DNA from: a virus
Lineage: Duplodnaviria > Caudoviricetes
IMG/VR virus record: IMGVR_UViG_3300032257_000030
Span: 1 to 43,358 of that record
Strand: one strand, 5' to 3'
DNA: 43,358 nucleotides
A model generated the notes under the pieces. It ran no database searches. It was not told the DNA's origin and saw only the letters and a program-made list of their open reading frames with translations. Below, piece after piece: positions 8,267 to 16,448 of this stretch. Position numbers and translations under genes: made by a program. Numbering within the stretch: position 1 is the stretch's first letter; each line of letters starts with the position of its first letter.

Positions 8267-9079
8267 TTACGACTTCCAACCTAACCAGCCGCCGCTAAAT
8301 GTCGGGCGCCCGTGTTCCGCGTCAAACCAGTAAGCGTAATTTTCGGCGCTATCCGTGCCGCCGCCCGTGAAGCTGACCCGCGGATAAAGGCAACGCTTCG
8401 CCCGAAGTCGGTCGAGCCTGAAGAGCGGCGTCGCGCCCTCGAAGACCCGCTCGGGCTCTTCTACTGGATAGCGTTGCGAGTCTGGCGAATTCCGCTGATC
8501 CGACCCGAGAAATTTATCAGGAAGCAGGGCGACGACGTGCCGCGAAAACGACAGGCATTCGCGAACGTGAAGCTCGGCGACGGTGATTCGTCTCGGCTTG
8601 ATCCCGGTTCCCTGACACTTCGAGCAGGGCTCGACTATGGGCGTAGGATCCAGGGTCAGAAAGCCGCGCCCGGCGCACCTTTTACACGGCGGGCCCGTCT
8701 CTCGATCCACGACCGAATACGGCGGGTTTATGATCGACCATGTCGGGCGCCTGCTCGGCGGCGTGACGAGAAGGCCCGCTTCGGCGACCGAGCGCGCCGG
8801 GCGGGTCGGCGTGACTATGCAGCCCGCCGCCCGCGCCAGCGCCAGGCCCGGCGCGAACGGGTCGACGTCCATTACTTCGATCCTGATCGGGTCGACGCCG
8901 ACGTCGAGCAGGGCTCGAACGAAGGCGCCGCCGCCGACGTGACCCTCGAAGAAGGTGTCGGCGGGCCCGAAGAAGGGCGCCAGCCAGCCGACGATCGCGG
9001 CGGCGACCTCGATCGGCGTGTAGTATTCGCCCGCGGTTCGGTATGCCTTCCCGGCGAGATTACGACCCGTCGCCGTCAT
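8267..9079 (-). CDS. DNA amino (probably N6-adenine) methyltransferase with inserted CxxCxGxG zinc finger
   Basis: YYTP (motif X), FEGHVGGGAF (motif I, SAM binding), INPPY (motif IV), then CKRCAGRG...CSKCQGTG. Confidence 0.85.
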   Translation of the reverse strand: MTATGRNLAGKAYRTAGEYYTPIEVAAAIVGWLAPFFGPADTFFEGHVGGGAFVRALLDVGVDPIRIEVMDVDPFAPGLALARAAGCIVTPTRPARSVAEAGLLVTPPSRRPTWSIINPPYSVVDRETGPPCKRCAGRGFLTLDPTPIVEPCSKCQGTGIKPRRITVAELHVRECLSFSRHVVALLPDKFLGSDQRNSPDSQRYPVEEPERVFEGATPLFRLDRLRAKRCLYPRVSFTGGGTDSAENYAYWFDAEHGRPTFSGGWLGWKS

Positions 9080-9324
9080 ATCCGAATACCGCGAGACCGA
9101 GCCTTCTCGACGAGCCCGTCGGCGCCCGGGCCGAAGACGACCTCGTCGACGACGCCATAGGCGACGCCCTCGTTTACGACTTTCGCCAACCTGACGCCGT
9201 CGCCGACGCCCTCGTCGCGAAGCAGGCGGTCGACCGCCTGAGCGAAGCGCTCGGCGCCCTCTCGCGTCGACCGAAGACCGCTGAAGCTCTCGCCACCGTA
9301 CGTCTGAACCCTGATCCTAAACAT
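9076..9324 (-). CDS. hypothetical protein (82 aa)
   Basis: Overlaps both neighbours within the operon. Confidence 0.6.
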   Translation of the reverse strand: MFRIRVQTYGGESFSGLRSTREGAERFAQAVDRLLRDEGVGDGVRLAKVVNEGVAYGVVDEVVFGPGADGLVEKARSRGIRI

Positions 9325-9919
9325 CGGTAAACCTGCCTTCTTCCTGAACCGCCTCGAAGCCGATCGGCCCGGGCGGGCGCCCCATGAGATACGGTCGAGC
9401 GTGAAGCGACTTCTTCAAATACAGCGGGTGACACGGTCGACCGAGTTTTGACAGCTTCAGCGCGTGAAGCTCGATCCCGAGTCGGGATAGCTGATAGTTG
9501 ACCTCTCGCCCGCGGGCCTGGCTCCATTCGTGCGCGCCCCAAGCGGCGACGACGAGGTCGGCGCTTCCCGCCTCGAAGAGTATGTGAGACATATTCCAAC
9601 GCCCGATCGGGCTCGGCGGCGCTGGCGCGCCCGCGGGCCTGATACGGTTCTTCACCATATCGCGAACGACCTTCGGATCCTTCGAGCGCCAGGCGAAGAG
9701 GTTCACGATTACGCATTCGTTGTAATCCCATATCGACGCATACTCGAAGCAGCGGTTTGAAGTCGGGTCGCGAACGTCGGCGTCGGCGACCGACGGGTTA
9801 AGGCATATGAAGCACACCTTCGGCCCTGCGTTCGTCGCGTCGAGACCGTCGGCGATCCGGCGAAGCGTGTATCGGTAGCGCCCGCACGGGCTCAGATCCG
9901 CGGTTATCGTCTGGCTCAT
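9317..9919 (-). CDS. DUF1643 family protein
   Basis: SPCGRYRY.L.R, LNPS.AD...DPT..RC, NLFA.R, VVAAWG and P.HPLY signature motifs. Confidence 0.9.
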   Translation of the reverse strand: MSQTITADLSPCGRYRYTLRRIADGLDATNAGPKVCFICLNPSVADADVRDPTSNRCFEYASIWDYNECVIVNLFAWRSKDPKVVRDMVKNRIRPAGAPAPPSPIGRWNMSHILFEAGSADLVVAAWGAHEWSQARGREVNYQLSRLGIELHALKLSKLGRPCHPLYLKKSLHARPYLMGRPPGPIGFEAVQEEGRFTDV

Positions 9920-10152
9920 TTTGGCCTCGAATCATTAAGCGCGGCGACGCCTTCTCTTGTGAGAGAAATACAACGTTCGCCAGTCGGCATAGCAAGCGGG
10001 CCGGAAAGCTCGCGACCGATCTTGACGAAGCCCTTCTCGACGAGCCCGTCGAGCATAGCCAGCGAACCGGGCTTCGCGTTCCTGTTCAGCGTAGCGCACC
10101 GATTCGGCCATTCGCTGATCTTCTGGAGAAGTCGAATTTCTGAAGGGTTCAT
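9916..10152 (-). CDS. small winged-helix-like protein
   Basis: LDGLVEKGFV...ISLTREG pattern; GAGGT RBS; ATGA coupling. Confidence 0.55.
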   Translation of the reverse strand: MNPSEIRLLQKISEWPNRCATLNRNAKPGSLAMLDGLVEKGFVKIGRELSGPLAMPTGERCISLTREGVAALNDSRPK

Positions 10153-10751
10153 TTTGACCTCGAAGGGTGAAGGCCCGGGCGGGCGGCGGCGCCGACGGCG
10201 ATAAGGATCGCTTCGGCGACGTCGCCCTTTGGGCCCGTGTCGGGCCGCTTACGGTGAAGGTGATCGGGGTACGGTTCGAGCAGGTCGCCATAGCCGAGAT
10301 ACTTCACCGTCTGTATGGCGCCGACCTTGACGTTCAGGCGGGCGCCTTTGAGCCGATGCCAGGCGCGCCAGGTCGGGATCGGAACGAGCCAGGGCGCCAG
10401 CCAGCCGGGCCGATAGGCGCCGCGACGAATGAGCGCGGATATCTCGCCGAGCGCGAAGCCCGTCGCCGCCTGATTCCCGCCCTTTCCTTGATACTTCGGC
10501 GCGTGCTTTCGAAGCACGTCTTCGGCGATCTCGAAGGGCTGCTCGTCGCCCTCGCCGCCGTCAATGGCGACGAGAAGATCCGCCTCAGCCCTGAGCGGCC
10601 CGAGCGTGTCTCGCTCGAAGTCGAGGAAGGCGGCGAGCCTATCCTTTTGACCCTTCAGGCTGACCCATCCGACCGAGACGGGCCCGCGGCGGGTCGCCAG
10701 GCAGTAGCCATAACCGCCCCATGACGGATCGTGTCCGATCACGACTGGCAT
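10149..10751 (-). CDS. RuvC-like Holliday junction resolvase
   Basis: VIGHDPS..GYG N-terminal strand, central E, C-terminal DVAEAILIA. Start at the TAATG overlap. Confidence 0.8.
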   Translation of the reverse strand: MPVVIGHDPSWGGYGYCLATRRGPVSVGWVSLKGQKDRLAAFLDFERDTLGPLRAEADLLVAIDGGEGDEQPFEIAEDVLRKHAPKYQGKGGNQAATGFALGEISALIRRGAYRPGWLAPWLVPIPTWRAWHRLKGARLNVKVGAIQTVKYLGYGDLLEPYPDHLHRKRPDTGPKGDVAEAILIAVGAAARPGLHPSRSK

Positions 10752-11089
10752 TAGTAGGCGCCCGGCCATGCGTCGCCCGTCGACGTGAACCAGTCTCCAA
10801 CCCATTCGAAGACGTCGATCGAGGGCGGATTGAAGCGCACGTCGAAGGGCTCGAAGGGGTCGCCGCTCTCGCCCTGAATCCAGGCGTCGCCCTCGTCAAC
10901 GACCGTCGACGTGCGCCAGCCGCACGACGGGCAGATCGCGGGCTCGCCGTCATAGAAAAGCCCGTCGTCGTCGGCGGGCGCGACGAGGTCTTCGCCGCAA
11001 CAATAGCAGGCGAAGCCGATCGACTTCAGCGCCGAGAGGTCTTCGAGCCCTGGCGCGACCGTCGCCCATTCGATGATACGCGGGCTCAT
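10751..11089 (-). CDS. zinc-ribbon protein
   Basis: CYCCG...CPSCG; acidic. Confidence 0.65.
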   Translation of the reverse strand: MSPRIIEWATVAPGLEDLSALKSIGFACYCCGEDLVAPADDDGLFYDGEPAICPSCGWRTSTVVDEGDAWIQGESGDPFEPFDVRFNPPSIDVFEWVGDWFTSTGDAWPGAY

Positions 11090-11715
11090 TCGGGCACATC
11101 TTCTTTCAAGTGAGAACGCCAGCCAGCCGCGACCTCTTCGCGAAGGCTCGCGGCGACGACGGTTAGCGCGACGTTGTCGCCGCTCTCGGCGGCGGCGATA
11201 AGCTCTTCGCGAAGCACCATGAGCGCTCTATCGTGCGCCTGACCCGCCTCGTTTCGGCATGCCGCTATCGCGGCTCGACCGTTCATTTTGTCGATCTCGG
11301 CGAAGCAGGCGGCGACGGCCGACATAATCTCGGGCGACCCGTCTTCGATGTCTTCGGCGTAAAGTGAAGCCTTCGGGCGCCCGAAGGGACCGATCGAGCG
11401 AAGGCAGTCGTCGGCGACCGTGCGCCATGACTCACGGTTGCCTTCAGCCGTCGTGTAATACGCGGTTTCGGCAAAAAAGTCGGGCCTGCGCTCGCCGCCG
11501 AACCGAGCGAATCGCTTTCGCCGCGTCACGACGAAGAGACGCTTCGGCGTCAGCCGGGCGGCGTAGCGCCGCCCGCTGATCTTGACCCATAAGGTATAGA
11601 CCTTCGTGGTCGATATGTGATTGTACGATCGAGAAGTCGCCTTCGTGATCGCGATCTCGCCTGGCTCGGTCGCGTCGCTCCATTCCTCGCCGGTATCCTG
11701 AGCGTTAGTCGACAT
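11086..11715 (-). CDS. hypothetical protein (209 aa)
   Basis: GAGGT RBS; coupled to neighbours. Confidence 0.65.
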   Translation of the reverse strand: MSTNAQDTGEEWSDATEPGEIAITKATSRSYNHISTTKVYTLWVKISGRRYAARLTPKRLFVVTRRKRFARFGGERRPDFFAETAYYTTAEGNRESWRTVADDCLRSIGPFGRPKASLYAEDIEDGSPEIMSAVAACFAEIDKMNGRAAIAACRNEAGQAHDRALMVLREELIAAAESGDNVALTVVAASLREEVAAGWRSHLKEDVPE

Positions 11716-12382
11716 TTCCGTACCTCTTCTCTCTCTCGCCTGGCGAGAGGTTAGCGACGCGACCGACGGCGAAACAAACGCGCTCGTCGCCGATAGGGTA
11801 GAGCTCGCCGTTTAGTGCGACCTGACCCGACTTACAGACGAAGCCCGCGCTCTTCAGCCCGGCGACGTACCGCTTCGAGTATTCGGCCGGGCCCGTTCGT
11901 ATCAGAAGGGTATGCCCGAACCATGAAGCCGAAGCCGTGAAGAGGTCGACCGCGACACCTTTATAGAGAAACCGTCTGTATCGGTCGCCCCATGGCGCCG
12001 CCCGAGACCCGCCCGACCTCGTCGTGATTCTCGGGTGACGTCGCCAGCCGGGCACGCCGTCGGCGATAAGCTGATCGAGCCTGGCGAAGAGGGCATTCAC
12101 CGGGATCCGCTTTTGCTGCTCAGGCTCGCCGAATAGGGTCGCCTGCTCGGCGAGTATGTGTCGAATGTCGGGCACGGCGACGATCTCGATATCGCCCGGG
12201 ATCTTGAAGCGGTCGCCGGGCGGCATGTCGAGATAACGACGAAGCGAGCCAGCGACGCGCCAGATCACGGCGGCGTCGCCAAGCGCGGCGCATAGCTCGA
12301 AGCTCAGGTCTTCGAGTCGGCTGATCGCCGCGTTCGCTTCAGCGTTCGCGATAGCTCGGTCGAAGGGGTCAGTCGGGATCAC
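11705..12382 (-). CDS. polX: minimal family X DNA polymerase (pol beta-like palm and thumb only)
   Basis: AGSLRR, GDIEIV, VDLF, LLIRTGP.EY and DE..CF...L.P.ER motifs. Confidence 0.85.
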   Translation of the reverse strand: MIPTDPFDRAIANAEANAAISRLEDLSFELCAALGDAAVIWRVAGSLRRYLDMPPGDRFKIPGDIEIVAVPDIRHILAEQATLFGEPEQQKRIPVNALFARLDQLIADGVPGWRRHPRITTRSGGSRAAPWGDRYRRFLYKGVAVDLFTASASWFGHTLLIRTGPAEYSKRYVAGLKSAGFVCKSGQVALNGELYPIGDERVCFAVGRVANLSPGEREKRYGNVD

Positions 12383-12391
12383 GGGCGCACC

Positions 12392-12814
12392 TTAGAAGGG
12401 AGGGTCAGCGGCGGCGAGAGCTTCCTGAGCGGCGAGAAGGTCGTCGAGCGTGTCGAAGTCGCTCTCGTCGAGATCGTCGAGCGACAGGCGATACGAGCCG
12501 CACGGATAGTGCTCTTCGTACCATTCAGAAAGCTTCAGGCAGCGCCAGTAAAAGAGCACGGGCCCGCGGCTGATAAAGACGCCGTGACCGCGTGAACGGT
12601 AAAGCTCTCGATCGCCGCTCTCGGTCAGGTACGCCGCGACGGCGTTTACGAAGTGTCGGATCGACGACCTGAAGTCGTGATAGCGCTCGCCGCATATGCA
12701 GCGGCGATCGTCTATCCATGCGCCCGGCGACGAGGGCGGCTTCGTTAGCGGATTGACCGCGGGTCGACCCTTCGTCGACTTCCTGCTCGCGAGCCCGGGA
12801 AATACGGCGACCAT
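12392..12814 (-). CDS. hypothetical Cys/His-containing protein with acidic ...DPPF tail
   Basis: ATG 12814 just after the WYL gene stop; CICG, C and H..C residues. Confidence 0.55.
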   Translation of the reverse strand: MVAVFPGLASRKSTKGRPAVNPLTKPPSSPGAWIDDRRCICGERYHDFRSSIRHFVNAVAAYLTESGDRELYRSRGHGVFISRGPVLFYWRCLKLSEWYEEHYPCGSYRLSLDDLDESDFDTLDDLLAAQEALAAADPPF

Positions 12815-12816
12815 GT

Positions 12817-13572
12817 CTAAAACGGCGCCAGGACATACGAGCGATCGGTCGAATCCCAGAGCGGGATCAGCGCCGGGCTCTCGACGTCGCCAGCGACGAC
12901 CGAGTCGATCCGGCTGAAGACGAAGGCCCGTATCGATCGCTTCCTGGCGTCTCGATACTTCGCGTTCTTCAGAAGGTGATCCCGATCGACTGCTCGAAGG
13001 CGGTCGCCGTCCAGCGTGACGCCTTCGACGTGTCGCTCGGCGGCGGGAAGTCGCGACGCGCCGTCGCCCTTCACATACGAGAAGCGGATCGGGATCCTGA
13101 ACCGATTCGCGAGCGCGGCGGCTTCTACGATCGCGCTCCAACCTTCGGCCCGGGTGATCGGCTCGGTCAGGTCAAGCGGCTCGAAGTCGTCGCGGTCGTG
13201 CGCGCCCGAGAGCAGGTCGCCGGGCACGTCAGGCGCGCCGAGGTAGGCGTCGAAGACCTTCGCGACGTCGAGCACGCGAACGACGGGAACGACGCGATAG
13301 CTCGCCATTACGACGCATACGAAGTGCGGGTCGCCGTCGCTGGCGAATGGCCATAGCGGGCGAACCCTGGCGACGACGTGCTCGACGCCGAGCCGCCGAC
13401 GAGCCTCTTCGCCGACGTAGCGCTCGAAGCGCAGGGTCAGCCGATTTGACGCGGCGAGAACGAAGGTATCGACGGCGGCGTCGACCTGGCGCGCCCTCTT
13501 CGCGGCGGCTTCGGCCTGAAGAAGTGCTTCTTCGGGTAGTGCCGACATTCCCGTTTTTTTGCGCCGAGCCAT
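12817..13572 (-). CDS. WYL-domain protein (probably two tandem WYL-like domains)
   Basis: IRFSYVKGDG...ERHVE...LRAVD...IRAFVFSRIDSV. Start ATG 13572 with AGGAGGT RBS. Confidence 0.7.
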   Translation of the reverse strand: MARRKKTGMSALPEEALLQAEAAAKRARQVDAAVDTFVLAASNRLTLRFERYVGEEARRRLGVEHVVARVRPLWPFASDGDPHFVCVVMASYRVVPVVRVLDVAKVFDAYLGAPDVPGDLLSGAHDRDDFEPLDLTEPITRAEGWSAIVEAAALANRFRIPIRFSYVKGDGASRLPAAERHVEGVTLDGDRLRAVDRDHLLKNAKYRDARKRSIRAFVFSRIDSVVAGDVESPALIPLWDSTDRSYVLAPF

Positions 13573-13674
13573 GCTTCGACCTCCTGACCTTTTTCTACTC
13601 TCGCCGCCCTGGCTTGTCAAAGGATATTTGACAGTGACCCGGGAACATGCAAGATCAGATCAGGAGGTCGAGAC
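13573..13674. promoter_or_regulatory. divergent promoter/operator region
   Basis: Palindrome TGTCAAA-GGATA-TTTGACA (13615-13633) gives back-to-back TTGACA boxes. Leftward TTGACA-17-TAGAAA; the rightward -10 is weaker. Confidence 0.75.
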
Positions 13675-13935
13675 ATGCCGAAGACGAAGCCAGAAACCAC
13701 GATCGAGGCGATCCGAGAGGATCGCGGCTGGACGGGCCCGACGGCGGCGCGCCGGGCGGGTATCGACCCGGCGACCCTTCACCGGATCGAGAACGGGTCT
13801 CGCCGCCTGCTCGTCTCGCACCTTCAGGGCATGCTCGACGGCTGGCGCATGTCTGAAGCCGAGCTTCAAGGGCTCGTCAATCACTACGGCGCCCGCGACG
13901 CGCTGACCCGCGGTAGCGCGGCGGCGTCAGCTTGA
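13675..13935 (+). CDS. XRE/Cro-like HTH regulator
   Basis: IEAIREDRGWT...AARRAGIDPATLHRIENG; AGGAGGT RBS. Confidence 0.9.
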   Translation: MPKTKPETTIEAIREDRGWTGPTAARRAGIDPATLHRIENGSRRLLVSHLQGMLDGWRMSEAELQGLVNHYGARDALTRGSAAASA

Positions 13936-15164
13936 CGACGCGACGCGCCCGCGTGCCCTACACGGCGATCCCCGTCGCCGTGATCGAAGGGGCGAAAAGT
14001 CACGCTCAGTTAGGCGCCGCAGTCGACCTGATCCGCTACGCCGAGAAGCGGCGCTTCGTTGTCTTCGCCGCCGCCGATAGTTGGCTCGCGAAGCGCTGGC
14101 GAAAGAGCGTCGGCTTCGCCCGCGGCGTTATCGCCCTGCTCGCCGCCGCCGAAGCGCTCGTCGTCGTCAGCAAAGGCGACAGGAACAACCCTCGAAGGAT
14201 TCAGGTCGTCGCCGCGGTCGTCGTCGTTTCGAAAGAGCACGACGAAAAGCACGACGAAGAGCACGACGAAGAGCACGCGAAAGAGCACGCTAACCGAGCT
14301 TCAAAGCCTGATATCAGCGGTCGCGATTCACGGCGAAAAGCACGACGAAAAGCACCCGAGGAAGCACGACGAAGAGTGAAGATCTCAGAAGATCTCTCAG
14401 ATACCTACTCAGAAGGGGGTAACCCCCTAACCCCCAAAATTGAAGACGAAGACCCGCTCTCGTCTCTCGGTCTAAGCCCTGCTCTCGTCGCTTCGCTGGC
14501 GAAGGGCGGCGTCGAGAACGTCGGCGCCCTCGCCGGGCTCTCGTCGCGTCAGCTTCTCGTCGAGCAGCGTCGCGGCGCCGCCCGCTTCGCCCGAGTCGGG
14601 CCCGCCGCGATCTCGAAGATCGAAGCCGCCCTCGCCGCGAGCGGTCGCACCCTGAAGACGGCGAAGCGCGGGCGCCCTGATAGCCAGGGCGCCCGCTCGG
14701 CTGGCGCCGCCTATAGCGCCGCCTGGCGCGCCGCGACGGCGACGAAGACGAAGCCCGGTAAGCCGTACCCGTGGCCGAAGCATGAAGCAGGGATCCGGCA
14801 ATGTCGGCGAGCCTGTCAAATGCTCGCCGAAGCATACGGGATCGAAGGCGGCGAAGGTGCCCTCGAAGACCTTCAGGCGGCGGCGACGGTCTACCTGAAT
14901 AGCGAAGGCGGGAACCTCGAAGGCGGCGCGGGCCCATGGGGCGTCTATCCCTTCAGCGACCCGCCCGGGCTTTTGAAATTCGTCGGTTCGGCTGGACGCC
15001 AGATCGAACGATGGAAGCGAGCAGGTCGAGCAGGCTTCGACTCGGAAGCGTCGGCCAATACTGGCGAATACCTGAGCGACGATCGCACTAAATACTCAGG
15101 CTCTAACAAGCCCGAGCCCGTTAATTCCCTCTCGGCGAGGTATGGCAATGGATCCGCTTTTTAG
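13932..15164 (+). CDS. replication initiator (lambda O-like position) with internal RNAP alpha-CTD-like domain
   Basis: Between the Cro-like gene and a DnaC-like ATPase; N-terminal wHTH-like segment (WLAKRWRKS); internal iterons; TTG start overlapping the upstream TGA. Confidence 0.7.
   Translation: MTTRRARVPYTAIPVAVIEGAKSHAQLGAAVDLIRYAEKRRFVVFAAADSWLAKRWRKSVGFARGVIALLAAAEALVVVSKGDRNNPRRIQVVAAVVVVSKEHDEKHDEEHDEEHAKEHANRASKPDISGRDSRRKARRKAPEEARRRVKISEDLSDTYSEGGNPLTPKIEDEDPLSSLGLSPALVASLAKGGVENVGALAGLSSRQLLVEQRRGAARFARVGPAAISKIEAALAASGRTLKTAKRGRPDSQGARSAGAAYSAAWRAATATKTKPGKPYPWPKHEAGIRQCRRACQMLAEAYGIEGGEGALEDLQAAATVYLNSEGGNLEGGAGPWGVYPFSDPPGLLKFVGSAGRQIERWKRAGRAGFDSEASANTGEYLSDDRTKYSGSNKPEPVNSLSARYGNGSAF
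14232..14440 (+). repeat. putative replication origin: 12-bp iterons plus less GC-rich tract
   Basis: Five units related to GAAGAGCACGAC at 14232-14291 and three at 14335-14370 in a different codon phase, followed by GAAGATCTC repeats. Confidence 0.75.
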
Positions 15165-16098
15165 CGCTGAATGCAGTTATGACGGCTGCTCGGCGATCCC
15201 GAACGGAAAAACCCGCCCGGATCGATGCAAGATTCACGATCGGCTCGACATGCCCTCGATTCAGCCGACGCGACCCGCGCCGATCCCCTGCTCGGTCAAG
15301 GGTTGCGGCTGGCTGATTCAGCCGCATAACGTCGCCCGCGGCGGCGAGCGCCCTCGCTGGCTGCTGATCCCGGGTCCGTGCGACGCATGCGTCGAAGACG
15401 CGAACCGCGACCGGACAAAGCATACGGCGCGGGCGAATGCCGAAGACCGCCTTCGGTCGAGCAGGCTACCGCGGCATACTTGGAACCTGAGTCTCGATCC
15501 CGACGAGGTCGTTCACCCGAAGACCGGCGACACGCCCGAGAGCTTCGCTCGACGTTGCGAGCACGAAGGGCGCGTCGGAATAACGAAGGCGAACCGCGAC
15601 CTCGCCGCCTGGCTCGCCGCCTGGGAACCGAAGCAGCGCGGATCCTGGGTTTACGTCGTCGGCTCGGTCGGCACGGGGAAGACGACGCTTCTAACGGCGC
15701 GGCTCGCCGATCTGACTCGCGAGGGCGTTCGCACCCTATGGCTCTCGGAATCTACGCTATGGGGCTTCAGGGCGGGCGACCCCGAAGGCTACGATCTCAG
15801 GCGCCGAGCCGCCCGGGTCTCGGTTCTCATGCTCGACGACTTCGCGTCGACGAGGGCGCCCGCTGGCTGGCGCGTCGACGTGATCGAAGCCCTGATCGGC
15901 GAGCGCTACGATCGCCGACTGCCAACCCTGATTAGCTCGAACGTCGGGCTCGAAGAGGTCGCGAGCCCGTCGCTCTATGGTCTTCGGATCGCCGATAGGC
16001 TCTCGCATATGATCGAGGGCGGGAAGCCGACCGAGTTGACGTCGGGCGCTCTCGGTAGCTGGCGCGACCTGCTCTCGGGCCGCTCGGCGTCGAAGTGA
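15142..16098 (+). CDS. DnaC/IstB-like AAA+ helicase loader
   Basis: Walker A GSVGTGKT, Walker B LMLDD, RYDRRLPTLISSN, RIADRL; Cys-rich N-terminus. Confidence 0.9.
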   Translation: MAMDPLFSAECSYDGCSAIPNGKTRPDRCKIHDRLDMPSIQPTRPAPIPCSVKGCGWLIQPHNVARGGERPRWLLIPGPCDACVEDANRDRTKHTARANAEDRLRSSRLPRHTWNLSLDPDEVVHPKTGDTPESFARRCEHEGRVGITKANRDLAAWLAAWEPKQRGSWVYVVGSVGTGKTTLLTARLADLTREGVRTLWLSESTLWGFRAGDPEGYDLRRRAARVSVLMLDDFASTRAPAGWRVDVIEALIGERYDRRLPTLISSNVGLEEVASPSLYGLRIADRLSHMIEGGKPTELTSGALGSWRDLLSGRSASK

Positions 16099-16267
16099 AG
16101 CTCGACGTCGTCGACGCTTGCAAGCCGGGCGCGCCCGCGCTACGCTTCGAGCACGGCGAGGGATCGTCGCGGTTCGGGTGAAGAGTAGGGGCTTCTTCTG
16201 TTAGCGGGTCAGCGCCCGTCGGCTTCACGGTCGGCGGGCGCTCGACGTTTCGGGCCCGGAATTACGA

Positions 16268-16313
16268 AGAGCCCGCCTTCGCCCTTCTTCGATAGGGGCT
16301 TAGGGCGGGCTCT
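16268..16313. terminator. hairpin, probable terminator between convergent units
   Basis: 10-bp stem agagcccgcc/ggcgggctct with an inner stem; T-rich sequence downstream. Confidence 0.55.
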
Positions 16314-16448
16314 CGGCTGACTTTACTTTTAATTTGTATAGCTCCCTTTGATCTCAAGTCAGCAGAGCCGTAAAAGGTCGCGCTCGCCGCGGGCGGCGAG
16401 ACCGACTTCGTCGGTAGTGGCTACACTAACAAATAGCCGCCGCCCTGT

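Noticed and set aside
16321-16345. AT-rich tract as a dif or attP site
   Set aside because: No match to the XerD arm TTATGTTAAAT and no integrase.
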